A DNA stretch of 64,000 bases from Octopus vulgaris (Eukaryota). The position numbers and the translations under genes are program-made. Numbering within the stretch: position 1 is the stretch's first letter; every line of letters starts with the position of its first letter. Positions 41,688 to 54,187 of this stretch are shown in pieces. The stretch lies in the NCBI GenBank assembly GCA_951406725.2, contig OX597819.1, positions 20,212,001-20,276,000 on the forward strand, in the 5' to 3' direction. The notes below the pieces were generated by a model that saw only the letters and a program-made list of their open reading frames with translations, searched no databases and had not been told where the DNA came from.

Positions 41688-41759
41688 AATTGTGATAGGG
41701 GTTGTAAATGCAACCCTCCATGGGATAACATATATCCAATATACTGCTAGTGAAGTACG

Positions 41760-41804
<45 letters not shown>

Positions 41805-42071
41805 TGTATCATGATATGGTTGGAAAGAGTTTGGACATAACATCTACGTCGTGATATATATGCTACCACAGAGATCTCATCCAAGAATTGTTCCTTTCCA
41901 TTTTGTCTCGAAAATTTCGTCGAGGACACACGTCCAGGATGTACTAATAGTCTCATGCATTGGAGATTTAGTCAAAGCAGGTTTTAATAAGGCGTGTAGA
42001 ATTGGAAAACCGTTGAGACATCCGTAGTAATAAATCGTCTATCCCTTTAAGACCCAAGAAATACACCGCAC

Positions 42072-42292
42072 CTCGGAATTCCAGAGCAGAAAATTTCACT
42101 GAATTTAAAATGATGAACACTTGTAAGCAAAAGTTTCTTATCATTTTGACATATCTTGTTTAGTTCCAGATTTAAAAGATTGTGTTTTCGATAATTTTGC
42201 GAACCTGTTTTTACTAGGACCATTTTATCAATCAGAATTCGATTTCTGTTCAATGATTTAGCTAACTTGTTACCAATCAATGGAAATTGATT
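42072..42292 (-). CDS. Candidate internal coding exon (221 nt, phase 0 to 2), product unknown
   Basis: CAG acceptor, AG|GTGCGG donor, and an open frame NQFPLIGNKLAKSLNRNRILIDK..FSEIFCSGIPR in non-repetitive DNA. No homology recognised. Confidence 0.3.
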
Positions 42293-44053
42293 CTGTTGTT
42301 TACGTAAATAGAAATTATTTTGATATTTTTATTCCTTCAAAATCTCTCCTATTATTGGTTATGCAATATCGAACTAATAATATTCCAAGAAATTTTAAAC
42401 AACACAATGGATTTAAACCAACAAACGTTTACTAATATGCTAGAAATAACAGTAAAATATTTTAAACGTTATACTTAATCTTGTAAGTGTGCAACAGAAA
42501 AGACTAGATGGTGCACTTTGAATTCGTTTGCTTACAGACATTTCTAAAGTCGATTTGGAGATAAATAACAACAGGAATGAAGAAGGAGACGTAAATGCTT
42601 TTTCGTCCCGCTAGAAATAGCAGTAAAATTTCGTTCTATTGTTTATAAAGTACGACTGCTATATTCACTGATGTAGTCTAAAATTATAAAATATGTCAGC
42701 AAAGACAGAATGGTCACACAAAGAATTTAACCACTGTCTTGAAGGAATAGGAAAATCCTGATTATATAACATCAACAATAACCTGGAATACTGTAATTAA
42801 CACGACCTAATGGGATGAAATGGAAGTGGTCGAACAATGTGCGAGAAATAGAAGCCACATTCTCTTATGGATAGCCTTCTATCTTAGAAGGGAAAAAAGG
42901 TTATTTCGACAACAACAAATTAGCATAGAAATGCAAAAGTGTGGTTGTTAGAATATGAAAACCTGTCAATGAGAGTTGTGAAGACTGAATTAGACAGGAA
43001 TACAGTAGTAGATCACACTTGATAACAATTATTATAATAATCTTCATCAACAACAACAACAACAGCTTCGGAAGAGAAATACAGATTCGCTGCACTTATA
43101 TAGAGGTATCTGTATTAACACACGGTCTGCTAAACATAGTAGCAAAATCACCCTTAAATCACATTATAGTGTATCATAAAATATAGATCAGTTTAGGGAA
43201 ATTTGTTCTTGTTATCCAAAATAGACGCCTTTCAATGCAGGTCTGTCGGTTCAAGGCTAAAATGGATATAAACAGCAGGAATAGTAAGAACAAGAATAGC
43301 AACGCATGAAAAATAGCAACACTTTTCAGGAAACGGTTATAACAATTTCTATATATATTAAAACTTAAGTAAATTCAATAAATTTATATTTCCTTTGAGA
43401 CCGCGTAGCTGCCAACTCTGATGTAGTTCAAACTTACATTGGCACCCATTTATCGTAGTAAAACAGTGTTTTATTTTAATAATGTAATTGTAAATATATT
43501 TATAGATTCTTTCATTTATAGTTATAACATAAAAGAGAATTTTTAAACAGGAAAATCCAATTAAATAGAAGACATCTCTTTACCTGTATTTAATCTGGCC
43601 CCAAACCGAAAAAAAGTCAATGTACGTTTAGCTTTTAAATATTTACAGTGCTTCTTAAATGTCTATCAAGCTACACCTTATATTCCTTACATAACATATG
43701 TAGAAATTGTATTATTTATGTAATTTTCACGTAATGAGGCTGCAAATATCCAGTGAGATTCACAAGAAAGACCTATCAATGTTATAGTTAGATATATGCA
43801 TATGTTTATACAAATGTATCATGCGAACTGAGAACTTATAATATTACGGTACAGATGTTGAGTGTGTGCGTGTGCCTGTATGTGTGAATATATGAATGTG
43901 CGTGTGTATGTGCATGTATTTGTGTCTGAGCATGTTGTGTGTGTGTGTGTAGTATAGTCTTAGTGAAGATGTCACGAAGACTGATAGATATGGATATACG
44001 TATATATATATGCATATATATATATTTTATATTTTCTTTTTATAACATATTTC

Positions 44054-44125
<72 letters not shown>

Positions 44126-44295
44126 GTATGTATGTATGTATATGCAGACATATGTATACACACTCACGTATACACACAAAAGCACACACATGCACACACA
44201 TACATATATGTCTATCTCTCTAGATCCATGTATCTATATATGTGTGCGCGTGTGTGTGTGTGCGTGTGTGTGTGCACGCATGCGTGTCTGTGCGT

Positions 44296-44337
<42 letters not shown>

Positions 44338-45050
44338 ACTTATTTATGTGCACATGCACGTAAATACATAGGTAGTCGCAGAAATGCATGATAGATAATA
44401 AGATTGATATATAGATATATGTACATATTTGCATGTTTATGGCCTTAAGAAGTCCGCTTCCGACCAGCCAGGTTTCTATTTCAATCTCACGCCGAGGCAT
44501 CTTTAGCGTGTTGCTCCTGTCGTATATTGCTCCGTATTTTGTATACACACACACATATATATATATATAAGATATTGATATCTAATACGTACATTTATAC
44601 AGATACGTACAAACACACATACATATATATATACATATATATATATACATTGTGCATATGCTTATACATATTTATATAGAACAACTAAACACACATGTCA
44701 CGTCACTCAGAGGATTAAATATGTAATTAATATACAACATGAATTTCTAAAAAGCTGATCGATCCTGCATTGTGAGGACGTTCTTTGAAGTTTCGTTTCA
44801 TCGCTATAAATAATATATAGCGATACAAAAAAATCTATTTTCCATACATACACGCGCACGCGTGCACACACGCATACACACATACACACAAACACACACA
44901 TACATATTAATAGACCCGCACACTCACATATATATTAAAATATTTGTATGTATCTATTTACATTGCACAAATACAAATTATATATATGCAAACAAAATTT
45001 GGTCACTCAGCATATATAAGCACCTGTGTGTATTGATTGTGTCTGTGCAT

Positions 45051-45115
<65 letters not shown>

Positions 45116-45842
45116 GTTTATACATTTATATGTGTGTGTGGATGTATGTGTTTGAATGTTTGTATGTGTGTATGTGTATGTTTATGTTTGTAAAAGATGA
45201 CAGTTTTTAATGAAGCTTTTCGCTTAAGAAAAAAAGAACATTTAAATAATTTAGAGCTGTAAAATATAATGAAAATATACCGATATCATTGCAAACTTTT
45301 CTTGAAGAACGGAATTAATGCTATATTCTCGAAGAATATTAATAACGTTTCTGTACAAACAATTATATCGAGGTCACGTATGTATGTAAGTCATATATAT
45401 TCGATTAAAAATGGTGTGAAAGTATTTCTATCTTAGTTTAGGACGGGCAGGTTAGTGGAACTTGGGAAAAAAACATTTTTTTCTATTATACATCTAACCT
45501 ACATTGCGTTCGAATTTGCTGAGAGAAGAGTGCATTTTTCAGAAGTGGATGTGTCCGTGGTTTAAGTCTACGAAGCTTATTTTAATAGGCTGCAAAAATA
45601 TGTCATAAGTCTACGTTGTTTAAATCTGTGTGAAAATATATGAAGACTGAATTAAAATCTGCAGATACTTGTGTAAGGGAATGAGGGATGTCTTAAAATA
45701 CTGATCCATTAACTTACTAGAATAAAACAAAACTGAATTCAAAACGTTCATTTCGCGAATCAGGAACAATGCTGCTTTTTTACTGATTATATAATCTGTG
45801 TATTTAAATCTGCTTTGCTAGGGTAATATATGCAATTTTATA

Positions 45843-46136
45843 TCTTTATATATAAAAGTGAAGTTGTGTGAGTGTCTGTCTCCTACGAGTTAGATTCCTA
45901 ACTACTCCCACATTTTGCGGTGCAGTTTAACCAAAAGCGGGTATCTTATAGTCGTGATTCATATCGAGCCCTTCTGGGTATTAGCACGCGTCTACGATTA
46001 AAAAAAAAAATTACCATAATTTTTTTCTAATTTTTAATGCATTTTTTTTGCTATTATATAAGAGAAGTAACTCTCTAAAAATGCTTATATAGTTATTTCC
46101 CTTATAAACCCGAGCAACGCCGGGCGATACTGCTAG
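45843..46136 (+). mobile_element. Non-autonomous Helitron (294 bp)
   Basis: Starts A|TC. Subterminal hairpin CCCGAGCAACGCCGGG. Ends CTAG|T with no TSD. Confidence 0.88.
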
Positions 46137-46353
46137 TGGCTTATAAAGGGGATGTAGTACACTTGATATATTTCAGGGCCTGCATGCACGATGGAGTGAG
46201 GGAAAAAGAAAACTGTCTCTTTAGTTGCAACATGTGCTAAGGTCACTTAATAGACAAGACGTTTACCAAATCTTTGTGGACTTTCAACCTCACAATCAGA
46301 TTTGTGCAATTTCAGTATACGATGAACAGGACAGTAATAATTACTTAAAACGT

Positions 46354-46575
46354 ACTCATTTACTCATTTGCTTGTTTCAGTCATTTGACTGCGGCCATGC
46401 TGGAGCACCGCCTTTTTTTAATCGAGCAACTCGACCCCGGGACTTATTCTTTTGTAAGCCCAGTACTTATCCTATCGGTCTCTTTTGCCGAGCCGCTAAG
46501 TAACGGGGACATAAACACACCAGCATCGGTTGTCAAGCGATGTTGGGGGGACAAACACAGACACAAACACACCCA

Positions 46576-46620
<45 letters not shown>

Positions 46621-46782
46621 GACGGGCTTCTTTCAGTTTCCGTCTACCAAATCCACTCACAAGGCTTTGGTCGACCCGAGGCTATGGCAGAAGACACTTA
46701 CCCAAGATGCCACGCAGTGGGACTGAACCCGGAACCATGTGGTTGGTAAACAAGCTACTTACTACACAGCCACTCCTACGCC
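46354..46782 (-). mobile_element. SINE family A, full length
   Basis: Colinear with the reverse complement of 34659-35047. Confidence 0.9.
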
Positions 46783-46785
46783 TAT

Positions 46786-46825
46786 AAAAAAAATACGGAA
46801 CGCTTCACGAATTTGCGTGTCATCC
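46786..46825 (-). pseudogene. U6: U6 snRNA 3'-terminal fragment
   Basis: Minus strand GGATGACACGCAAATTCGTGAAGCGTTCCGTATTTTTTTT against the conserved U6 3' end GGAUGACACGCAAAUUCGUGAAGCGUUCCAUAUUUUU (1 mismatch). Confidence 0.92.
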
Positions 46826-47613
46826 AATTTGCGTACATGCACCAAAACATGAAGATGGCAAGGTAGCTCTGTTAAACATTTAACTAGAAAAAGCTTATAA
46901 AATGTAAAAATTCTAAAACTGACGAAGCCACAATCTATTCATGTATATGAAACGGTTGCGTCGGAGACATGAGAAAATAACAGTAGACGGAAACTAACGA
47001 TAATATGGTAAGGAATTACAAACACATCGTTATTTCGATTTCTAAGCTGGAAAGAATAACTATATAAAAGAACAAGATGAAAATAGTTGCAGAAATTATA
47101 CATTGTATATTAATTATTATTCGCATGTTTATTTGTAATACATCTAGGCAGGTTCAGACGCAAAATAAGCTGCTCACTCTAGCGTATGTCATAGGCGAAT
47201 ATATACTCTCAATTACAGCGGCGATATTTTAAGAGATAGCAGACATATTCTTCTGATAAAACCATACTACTGAAATACACACGCACATGTACACACATAT
47301 TAACACACAAATACATTCGCTCATACACACATATGTACGTCTATCAGGAATACACTCTCTAAAATTTTGCTGTAATGAATCAGGCCTATTCTTCGATCAA
47401 ACTATAATATTCCCTATTCCTGCTTCGACGAATCATGAAGTACATCGTGATGTGTGTGTGTGAATATTTAGAGAAGTACACCTGTAATACGAAAACTCAA
47501 AGTGTGCGTATAGACTACATCGGTTACTCTTGAAGTGATATGCAATTACATTCAGTGGCTTATCGTCTGAATTATATCTAATTGGATGCATCATATTTAC
47601 GGGGTCTATATAT

Positions 47614-47844
47614 ACTTCTTTACTACCCACAAGAGGCTAAACACAGAGGGGACAAACAAGGACAGACAAACGGATTAAGTCGATTACATCGACCCCAGTG
47701 CGTAACTGGTACTTAATTTATCGATCCCGAAAGGATGAAAGGCAAAGTCGACCTCGGCGGAATTTGAACTCGGAACGTAACGAAAGACGAAATACGGCTA
47801 CGCATTTCGCCCTGCGTGCTAACGTTTCTGCCAGCTCGCCGCCT
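47614..47844 (-). mobile_element. SINE family B, full length with 15-bp TSD
   Basis: TACGGGGTCTATATA at 47598-47612 and 47847-47861. Confidence 0.92.
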
Positions 47845-48005
47845 TATACGGGGTCTATATAGTTGCACTAGTGATTATGTTACGGTGTTTGTATTGAACA
47901 TTTGCTGAAGTTACATCTACAAGCAAATCCGTAGGGAGACTTTTGGAAAATACTGCAAGGAATAGAGCAATGATTTAAATTGTAGTGAGAAACAATATAA
48001 CAAAA

Positions 48006-48880
48006 GCGAGGTATATATTCTTTGCTATTCTAGGAACAACGCCTGAAATATTTTGGGGGAGGGGGCCAGTCAATTAGATCGACCACAGTACGCAACTGGT
48101 ACTTAATTTATCGACTCAAAAGGATAAAGGGCAAAGTCGACCTCGGCGGAATTTGAACTCAGAACGTAGCTGCAGACGAAATACCTATTTCTTTACTACT
48201 TATAAGGGGCTAAACACAGGGAGGACAAACAAAGACAGACAAACGGATTAAGTCGATTATATCGACCCCAGTGCGTCACTGGTACTTATTTAATCGACCC
48301 CGAAAGGAAGAAAGGCAAAGTCGACTTCGGCGGAATTTGAACTCAGAACGTAGCGGCATAAGATTTACCGCTGAGCATTTCACCCAGCGTGCTATCGTGT
48401 CAGCCAGCTCGCCGCCATGCGAGGTATATATTATTCGTTTCTAGTCCAGGCACAAGGCCCGATATTTTTGGAGAAGGGGCCAGTCGATCACATTGACCCC
48501 AGTACGCAATTGGTACTTCATTTATCGACCCCGAAAAAATGAAAGGCAAAGTCAACCTGGGCGAAATTTGAACTCAGAACGTAGCGGCAGACGATTTACC
48601 GCTGTGCATTTCACCCAGCATGTTATCGTGTCAGCCAGCTCTCCGCCTTGCGAGGTACATATTATTCGTTTCTAGTCCAGGCACAAGGCCCGATACTTTT
48701 GGAAAGGGGGCCAGTCAATCAGATTGACCCCAGTGCGCAATTGGTACTTCATTTATCGACCCCGAAAAGATGAAAGGCAACATCAACCTCGGCGAAATTT
48801 GAACTCAGAACGTAAAGACCGACGAAATATCGCTAAGCATTTCGCCCGCCGTGCAATCGTATCTGCCAGCTCGCCGCCTT
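48006..48880 (-). mobile_element. Tandem array of family B SINEs (unit about 231 bp)
   Basis: Units start GCGAGGTATATATT at 48006 and 48419, and GCGAGGTACATATT at 48650. The first unit is a dimer with a junction at about 48185. Confidence 0.88.
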
Positions 48881-49602
48881 GCGCGGGATATACCATTGCA
48901 AAGAAAATACAATAAATTCTTGCCACTTCATAACTAGCTTAACGCTTATTCTTCTAGTAGAAAGCAAATTGGTAAAAGCTGAATTGAATCCAGTAATAGA
49001 ATATTGCTCCCATATCTGATACTTAACTGATTCTCATATATTCGTTCACTGACACACCTGATCCTTCGGCTCATATGAGGTATATCTCTTAATTCGAGTT
49101 GTGCTTCTAAATGCTTAGTTCTCCTATAAACTGAAATATGTGGCGCCTACGTAACTTGGGTATTCTCTCTGCTCCTGGATACGCATATTCTGTTCACTTA
49201 AAAGCGTCAAAATGCGACACCGTTTCTCGTTCCCACAGTGGCTAACTTAATGAATTCTATTCCTGAAAATTATATTTGTGTTTGTCAATTTGCAAAGGTT
49301 CAGGATGGATGAGACAATAGTTACGTTGATCTCCACGGTGTGAGAATGCCTGAATAACACACCCTCTATCCTCTAGAGAAACACCCTGAAGCGAATATAT
49401 GTTTAGTTACGTTGTATAACAGAAATATCATTTAATGGTGATAGGGTTGATGGTTCACGTCGCTACAATTGTCCAGTTGGCAGATCGGATGCATAAATAC
49501 CATTTCCCGTGTTCAATTCTCGTGCTTGTCGCAGATACACCAATAATGCGCTTTCAGCTTCTTAAGTTTCTGTTACTACAGCAATAGTAACAAGAAAACC
49601 AA

Positions 49603-49603
49603 G

Positions 49604-49641
<38 letters not shown>

Positions 49642-49874
49642 TCATACTACCACCATTACCACCACCGCTACTACCACTGCTACTGCTACTGCACCTGCCA
49701 CCCCTACTACTACTACTACCACCAGCAGCATCACCACCGCCGCCACCACCAATGCTACTAATACTGCTGCTGCTGTTGATGCCCCTGCCGTCGCCGCTAC
49801 TACTACTAATACTACCACCAACACCACCACCACTACTACTGCTGCTGCTGCTGCTGATACTGCATCAGTTGCCG

Positions 49875-49921
<47 letters not shown>

Positions 49922-50195
49922 GCTACTGCTACTACTGCTACTACTACTACTGCTGCTGCTGCTACTGCAACAACAGCTACTAATACTACTACTACTACTA
50001 CGACTACCACCACCACCACTGCCGCCGCCGCCGCCGCCGCCACCACCACTACTACTGCTGCTGCTGCTGCTGCTGCCGCAGATTCCACAGCTACTACTAC
50101 TAGTACTACCACTACCTCCACCAACACCGCTACCACTACTTATGCTGCTGCTGCTACTGCACCTGCCAACGTTGCTGCTATTACTACTACTGCAA
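49603..50195. repeat. Compound (CTA)/(CTG)/(CCA)/(CCG) microsatellite, about 600 bp
   Basis: Seen directly. Confidence 0.95.
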
Positions 50196-50723
50196 CGATG
50201 GTGATGATGAGTATGAAGTGTATGTGAAAGAAACGTTCTTCAATGATCTCCCAACAAGAGCTAAAAAAAAAAGAGTTTCTGGAAACCAACTCTACGACAT
50301 TATCAAAAGAAGCTGTTTAATAGACAAGACCAGGAAAGGTACAAAATGGAAAGTCGTTACGGATTTCATGCGTCATGAAACAATTTCGAACGACCACAAA
50401 ACAAGAGCAATTACTTGAAATGAAGAAAAAAAAAATAATAAACTGACTAAATCCTTAAAGGTTTAGGAAGACAAAGTGGTAAACACCTTTCTTTTAACCT
50501 TCTATCAAACGTAGTAAAACGCCAGTGCCGTTAATGACGCAGTTTCTTAAGGTCGATTGATGCTTCATTGCAATTTCGAAGCAAGAATAACGTGTCTGCT
50601 ACTGTTTATATCATTGCGGAACAAATGTCAACAGAGGATTTTCTTTCAAGGACCTGTTATGGTGGTTGATTATAGTAAGTATCCAAGAAACTGTATATAT
50701 ATATATATATATATATATAATAT

Positions 50724-50927
50724 GTGACCTCGTGAGCACCGCCAGCAATTTTTTTTCCTCTGTCTTCCCTTCTCGAGATCTTTCCTTCTCCTTTGTTTCC
50801 GACGAAGAGCCCCGCTCGAAACGTTAAACCCTCCTTCTTCCCTTCTTTCCTGAGCGTCCAATAATACTTTATTTTTCCACGTCCTTGCGTTGTTGTGTTT
50901 TTTTTGTGTTTTCTTTTTGGATTAACT
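50724..50927 (+). mobile_element. Family H-related subfamily in (TA)n with hammerhead-like motif
   Basis: GTTT-CCGACGA-A-GAGC(CCC)GCTC-GAAACGTT-AAAC at 50795-50829, with the shared downstream CCTGAGCGT. Confidence 0.7.
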
Positions 50928-50936
50928 ATATATATG

Positions 50937-50987
<51 letters not shown>

Positions 50988-50989
<2 letters not shown>

Positions 50990-51312
50990 GAGTACTCCGT
51001 CAATTGCGACGACGAGGGACACAGCTAATATAATCAACGGAACAGCTTGCTCGAGAAATTAATGTGCATGTGGCTGAGCACTCCACAGACACGTGCAACC
51101 TGAATGTAGTTCTCCGGGAGATTCGGCGCGACACAGAATGTGCGCTAAGAGTGGCCCTTTGAAATACAGGCACTACTCATTTATGCCAGCTGAGTGGCCT
51201 TGAGCAACGTGAAATAAAGTGTCTTGCTCGAACACACAACGCGTCGCCAGGAATCGAAATCACGACCTTACGATCGTGAGCCGATTGCCCGAACCACTAA
51301 GCCACGCGCCTT
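50988..51312 (-). mobile_element. tRNA-derived SINE family C (short variant)
   Basis: Minus-strand head GGCGCGTGGCTTAGTGGTTCGGG..GATTTCGATTCC. The 3' half is homologous to 51980-52156. Confidence 0.85.
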
Positions 51313-51776
51313 CCCCTTGTACACACACACACACACACACATACACACACATACGCACGCACACACACACACACATATATATATGCATGCATATAATCAT
51401 GCACTTGCACATATACACAAGCGACGTAAGATACTTTCTTTCATTTAATCTCGTCATGGATTTCGAGCAATGCCAGCGCGCCAGCGTTTGTCGTAAACAC
51501 GAGCCTCAAGGACTCGTTGTCATAGTTTCTCAGTTCAGTTAGAAACAATGGCCACCCCATGCACCAGGTGACAGAATATTATTTACGTTAACCTTCATAA
51601 TGATTCTTGAACCAACCTTTCCCACGCTCCCTGCAAGTAGGGATGATATATAGTGCATAGTGAACAACATACGTGCACGCAGCCATGCATACAAATATGC
51701 TTATGTAGCAAATTCAGGTTGTTATATAATTAAAAAAATTTACTCCCGCATTACCTATTGGATACTCTTTAGTTGA

Positions 51777-52168
51777 GTGGAGGCGCAATGGCCCAGTGGC
51801 TAGGGCAGCGGACTCGCGGTCATAAGATCGCGGTTTCGATTCCCAGACCGGGCATTGTGAGTGTTTATTGAGCGAAAACACCTAAAGCTCCACGAAGCTC
51901 CGGCAGGGGATGGTGGTGATCCCTGCTGTACTCTTTCACCACAACTTCCTCTCACTCTTACTTCCTGTTTCTGTTGCACCTGTATTTCAAAGGGCCGGCC
52001 TTGTCACTCTCTGTGTCACGCTGAATATCCCCGAGAACTACGTTAAGGGTACACGTGTTTGTGGAGTGCTCAGCCACTTACACGTTAATTTCACGAACAG
52101 GCTGTTACGTTGATTCGGATCAACCGGAGCCCTCGTCGTCGTAACCGACGGAGTGCTTCCATCCATCC
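51777..52168 (+). mobile_element. SINE family C, full length with 13-bp TSD
   Basis: A box TGGCCCAGTGG, B box GGTTTCGATTCC and a (CCAT)n tail. TSD ACTCTTTAGTTGA at 51764-51776 and 52169-52181. Confidence 0.92.
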
Positions 52169-52186
52169 ACTCTTTAGTTGAACATA

Positions 52187-52492
52187 AGCATGTCAAATAA
52201 ACCACCAATCCTGGTCAGACCTGGCTGCGGACCGTGATGTCCGGCGCCACATGATCTTCAACGCAGTCAGCAAATTTGCGGAACAGAAGAGACCCACTTA
52301 AAGACAAGAGACGCATGAGGAAGGCGCGAGCCACCTCTGACACCACACCGGATGTTACCTTCGTCTGTGGACACTGCTCAAGGACCTGCCTTTCCCATAT
52401 CGGACTTGTCAGTCATGAGCGTGCATGCACGTGACGTGGACAGCCTTCCTGGTCTTCGTTCGCGAAGCCAAGCCATAATCATAATAATAATA
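52187..52492 (+). mobile_element. 5'-truncated RTE-clade LINE with 11-bp TSD
   Basis: WSDLAADRDVRR..LKDKRRMRK..FVCGHCSRTCLSHIGLVSHERAC matches an RTE C-terminal zinc finger. (TAA)n tail. TSD AGTTGAACATA at 52176-52186 and 52493-52503. Confidence 0.88.
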
Positions 52493-52824
52493 AGTTGAAC
52501 ATAGGTGGAAAAGTAGCAACTGTTATGAATATATAGTTAAAAGTAACTCAAAAGAATATTCGTTTCCGATGTTTTACTTGAAACCATACCTGACCAATTG
52601 TTGGCCTTTCATTTCTCATTCCCTTAAGGAGCAACAATACAGACAAGAAACCGAATGTATCAAATCATGCGAAACGTCGAGGTGATTGATATAACGATGC
52701 CATCATATCATTTCATTTACATCTATTCTATTTTCTGAAGAAATCGAACACTTGGGGCCTGAAATGTAACATTAACTCATAAACATTCACATAACCTCAT
52801 CTTCTACAAGAATGAACTACTCAC

Positions 52825-52881
52825 CATCGGTCCCATTTGATATGCGGTACATCGTAGGTAGCGAAAACCAGAAGCAACTTT
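52825..52881 (-). CDS. Candidate 57-nt exon, product unknown
   Basis: TAG acceptor with a weak pyrimidine tract and TG|GTGAGT donor. All three frames are open; phase 0 gives KVASGFRYLRCTAYQMGPM. Confidence 0.25.
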
Positions 52882-53548
52882 CTAAGTTACCAGCAAAATT
52901 TTAAAACAATCCTTTTAATTTCCCTTTTCTAACATATTAGAAAGGTCTTCAAATTCCTAGTGATAGGCAAACGCGAATAGTGCCATTTCATTCTTGTTTC
53001 TTGTCATCAGGTACACACTTAATATAGCAAGTTATTTTCTTTAGATGGAAAACCACTTTAGTTGAGGATGCACCCGCAGAGTACATATTTTTCCTTTAAT
53101 TTATCTATCTTTATTTTCAAAAATCATTAGCATTTCACAACTGAAAATGGGCAAATTTCCTACAGCAAATATATTTCCCCCAAAATTTTAAGCTAATGTT
53201 CTAAGTATTATCAATGATACTGAAGATTATCTGTATTGTATTACAAAATGTATGCATTTTCGCAAACATTCGTTATTATTATTATAATATATATATTAAT
53301 AAAAACGGCAAGATAACAAAAGAAAGAAAGAAATATACATCGATATTATGTTAATATAATATGTCACAATTATTCGGTAGCCATGATAAAACTCCGAGTT
53401 TCGGATGCCGAGGTGGAAATTCACATATTACATTTACAGATATGTATATAAATATATGAATATATGCATATATATATATATATACATACATACATACACT
53501 TTTATATATACATACACACAAACATATATATATATATACACACACACG

Positions 53549-53582
<34 letters not shown>

Positions 53583-53666
53583 TAGAAAGAGAGAGATAGA
53601 GAGAGAGAGAAATGAATATAATTCTAAATCTCTGAGAGAGATTTATGCAGTAGTGATACGTTAAAG

Positions 53667-53887
53667 TAGTTGTATACTGTCAACTTAATGTGAGAGTCAC
53701 ATGAAGGCAATAATACTACTGCTATTTAGCCCTAGGAAGCAGGAACGATTCCTGTCCCTCTTGCAAACATAACGACACAGGAAATGTGTCAAGGCCGACA
53801 GGAATCGTTGATGCTTCCTAGGGTTAAATAGTAGTAGTAATATTCCCTTCATGGGACTGTCACATTAAGCTGACTGCATACAACTAC
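53667..53887. repeat. Inverted repeat, arms about 90 bp, spacer about 40 bp
   Basis: GTAGTTGTAT..GTCAACTTAATGTGA..CTATTTAGCCCTAGGAAGCA..AACGATTCCTGTC pairs with GACAGGAATCGTT..TGCTTCCTAGGGTTAAATAG..TCACATTAAGCTGAC..ATACAACTAC. Confidence 0.9.
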
Positions 53888-53971
53888 TTTATCATATATA
53901 TATATATACATTTATATATATATATATATGTGTGTGTGTTATATATATATATGTATATATATATGTATATA

Positions 53972-54009
<38 letters not shown>

Positions 54010-54110
54010 CTAGGTCGCTTGGTGTTAAAAGAAGGGTATTATTAAATTAATATCTAATTTTTTCACCTCATTTTTTAATATATATATATATATGTATATA
54101 TGTATATATG

Positions 54111-54187
<77 letters not shown>

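Noticed and set aside
46786-46825. Functional U6 gene
   Set aside because: Only the last ~40 nt are present. The ACAGAGA box and 5' stem are missing.
48006-48880. CRISPR-like repeat array
   Set aside because: The units are ~231-bp SINE copies without unique spacers, the context is eukaryotic, and there are no cas genes.
48940-49020. NPVIEYCSHI* resembling the CR1/L2 RT motif LEYCSxxW
   Set aside because: A single short motif. It is probably a LINE relic but is insufficient to annotate.
49642-50204. Long Val/Ala-rich and Leu/Pro-rich ORFs (mucin-like Thr/Ala frame)
   Set aside because: Compound CTA/CTG/CCA/CCG microsatellite with no splice context or unique domain.
51777-51860. tRNA gene
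   Set aside because: It is the tRNA-like head of a SINE that continues into a repeated body with tail and TSD. No complete cloverleaf.
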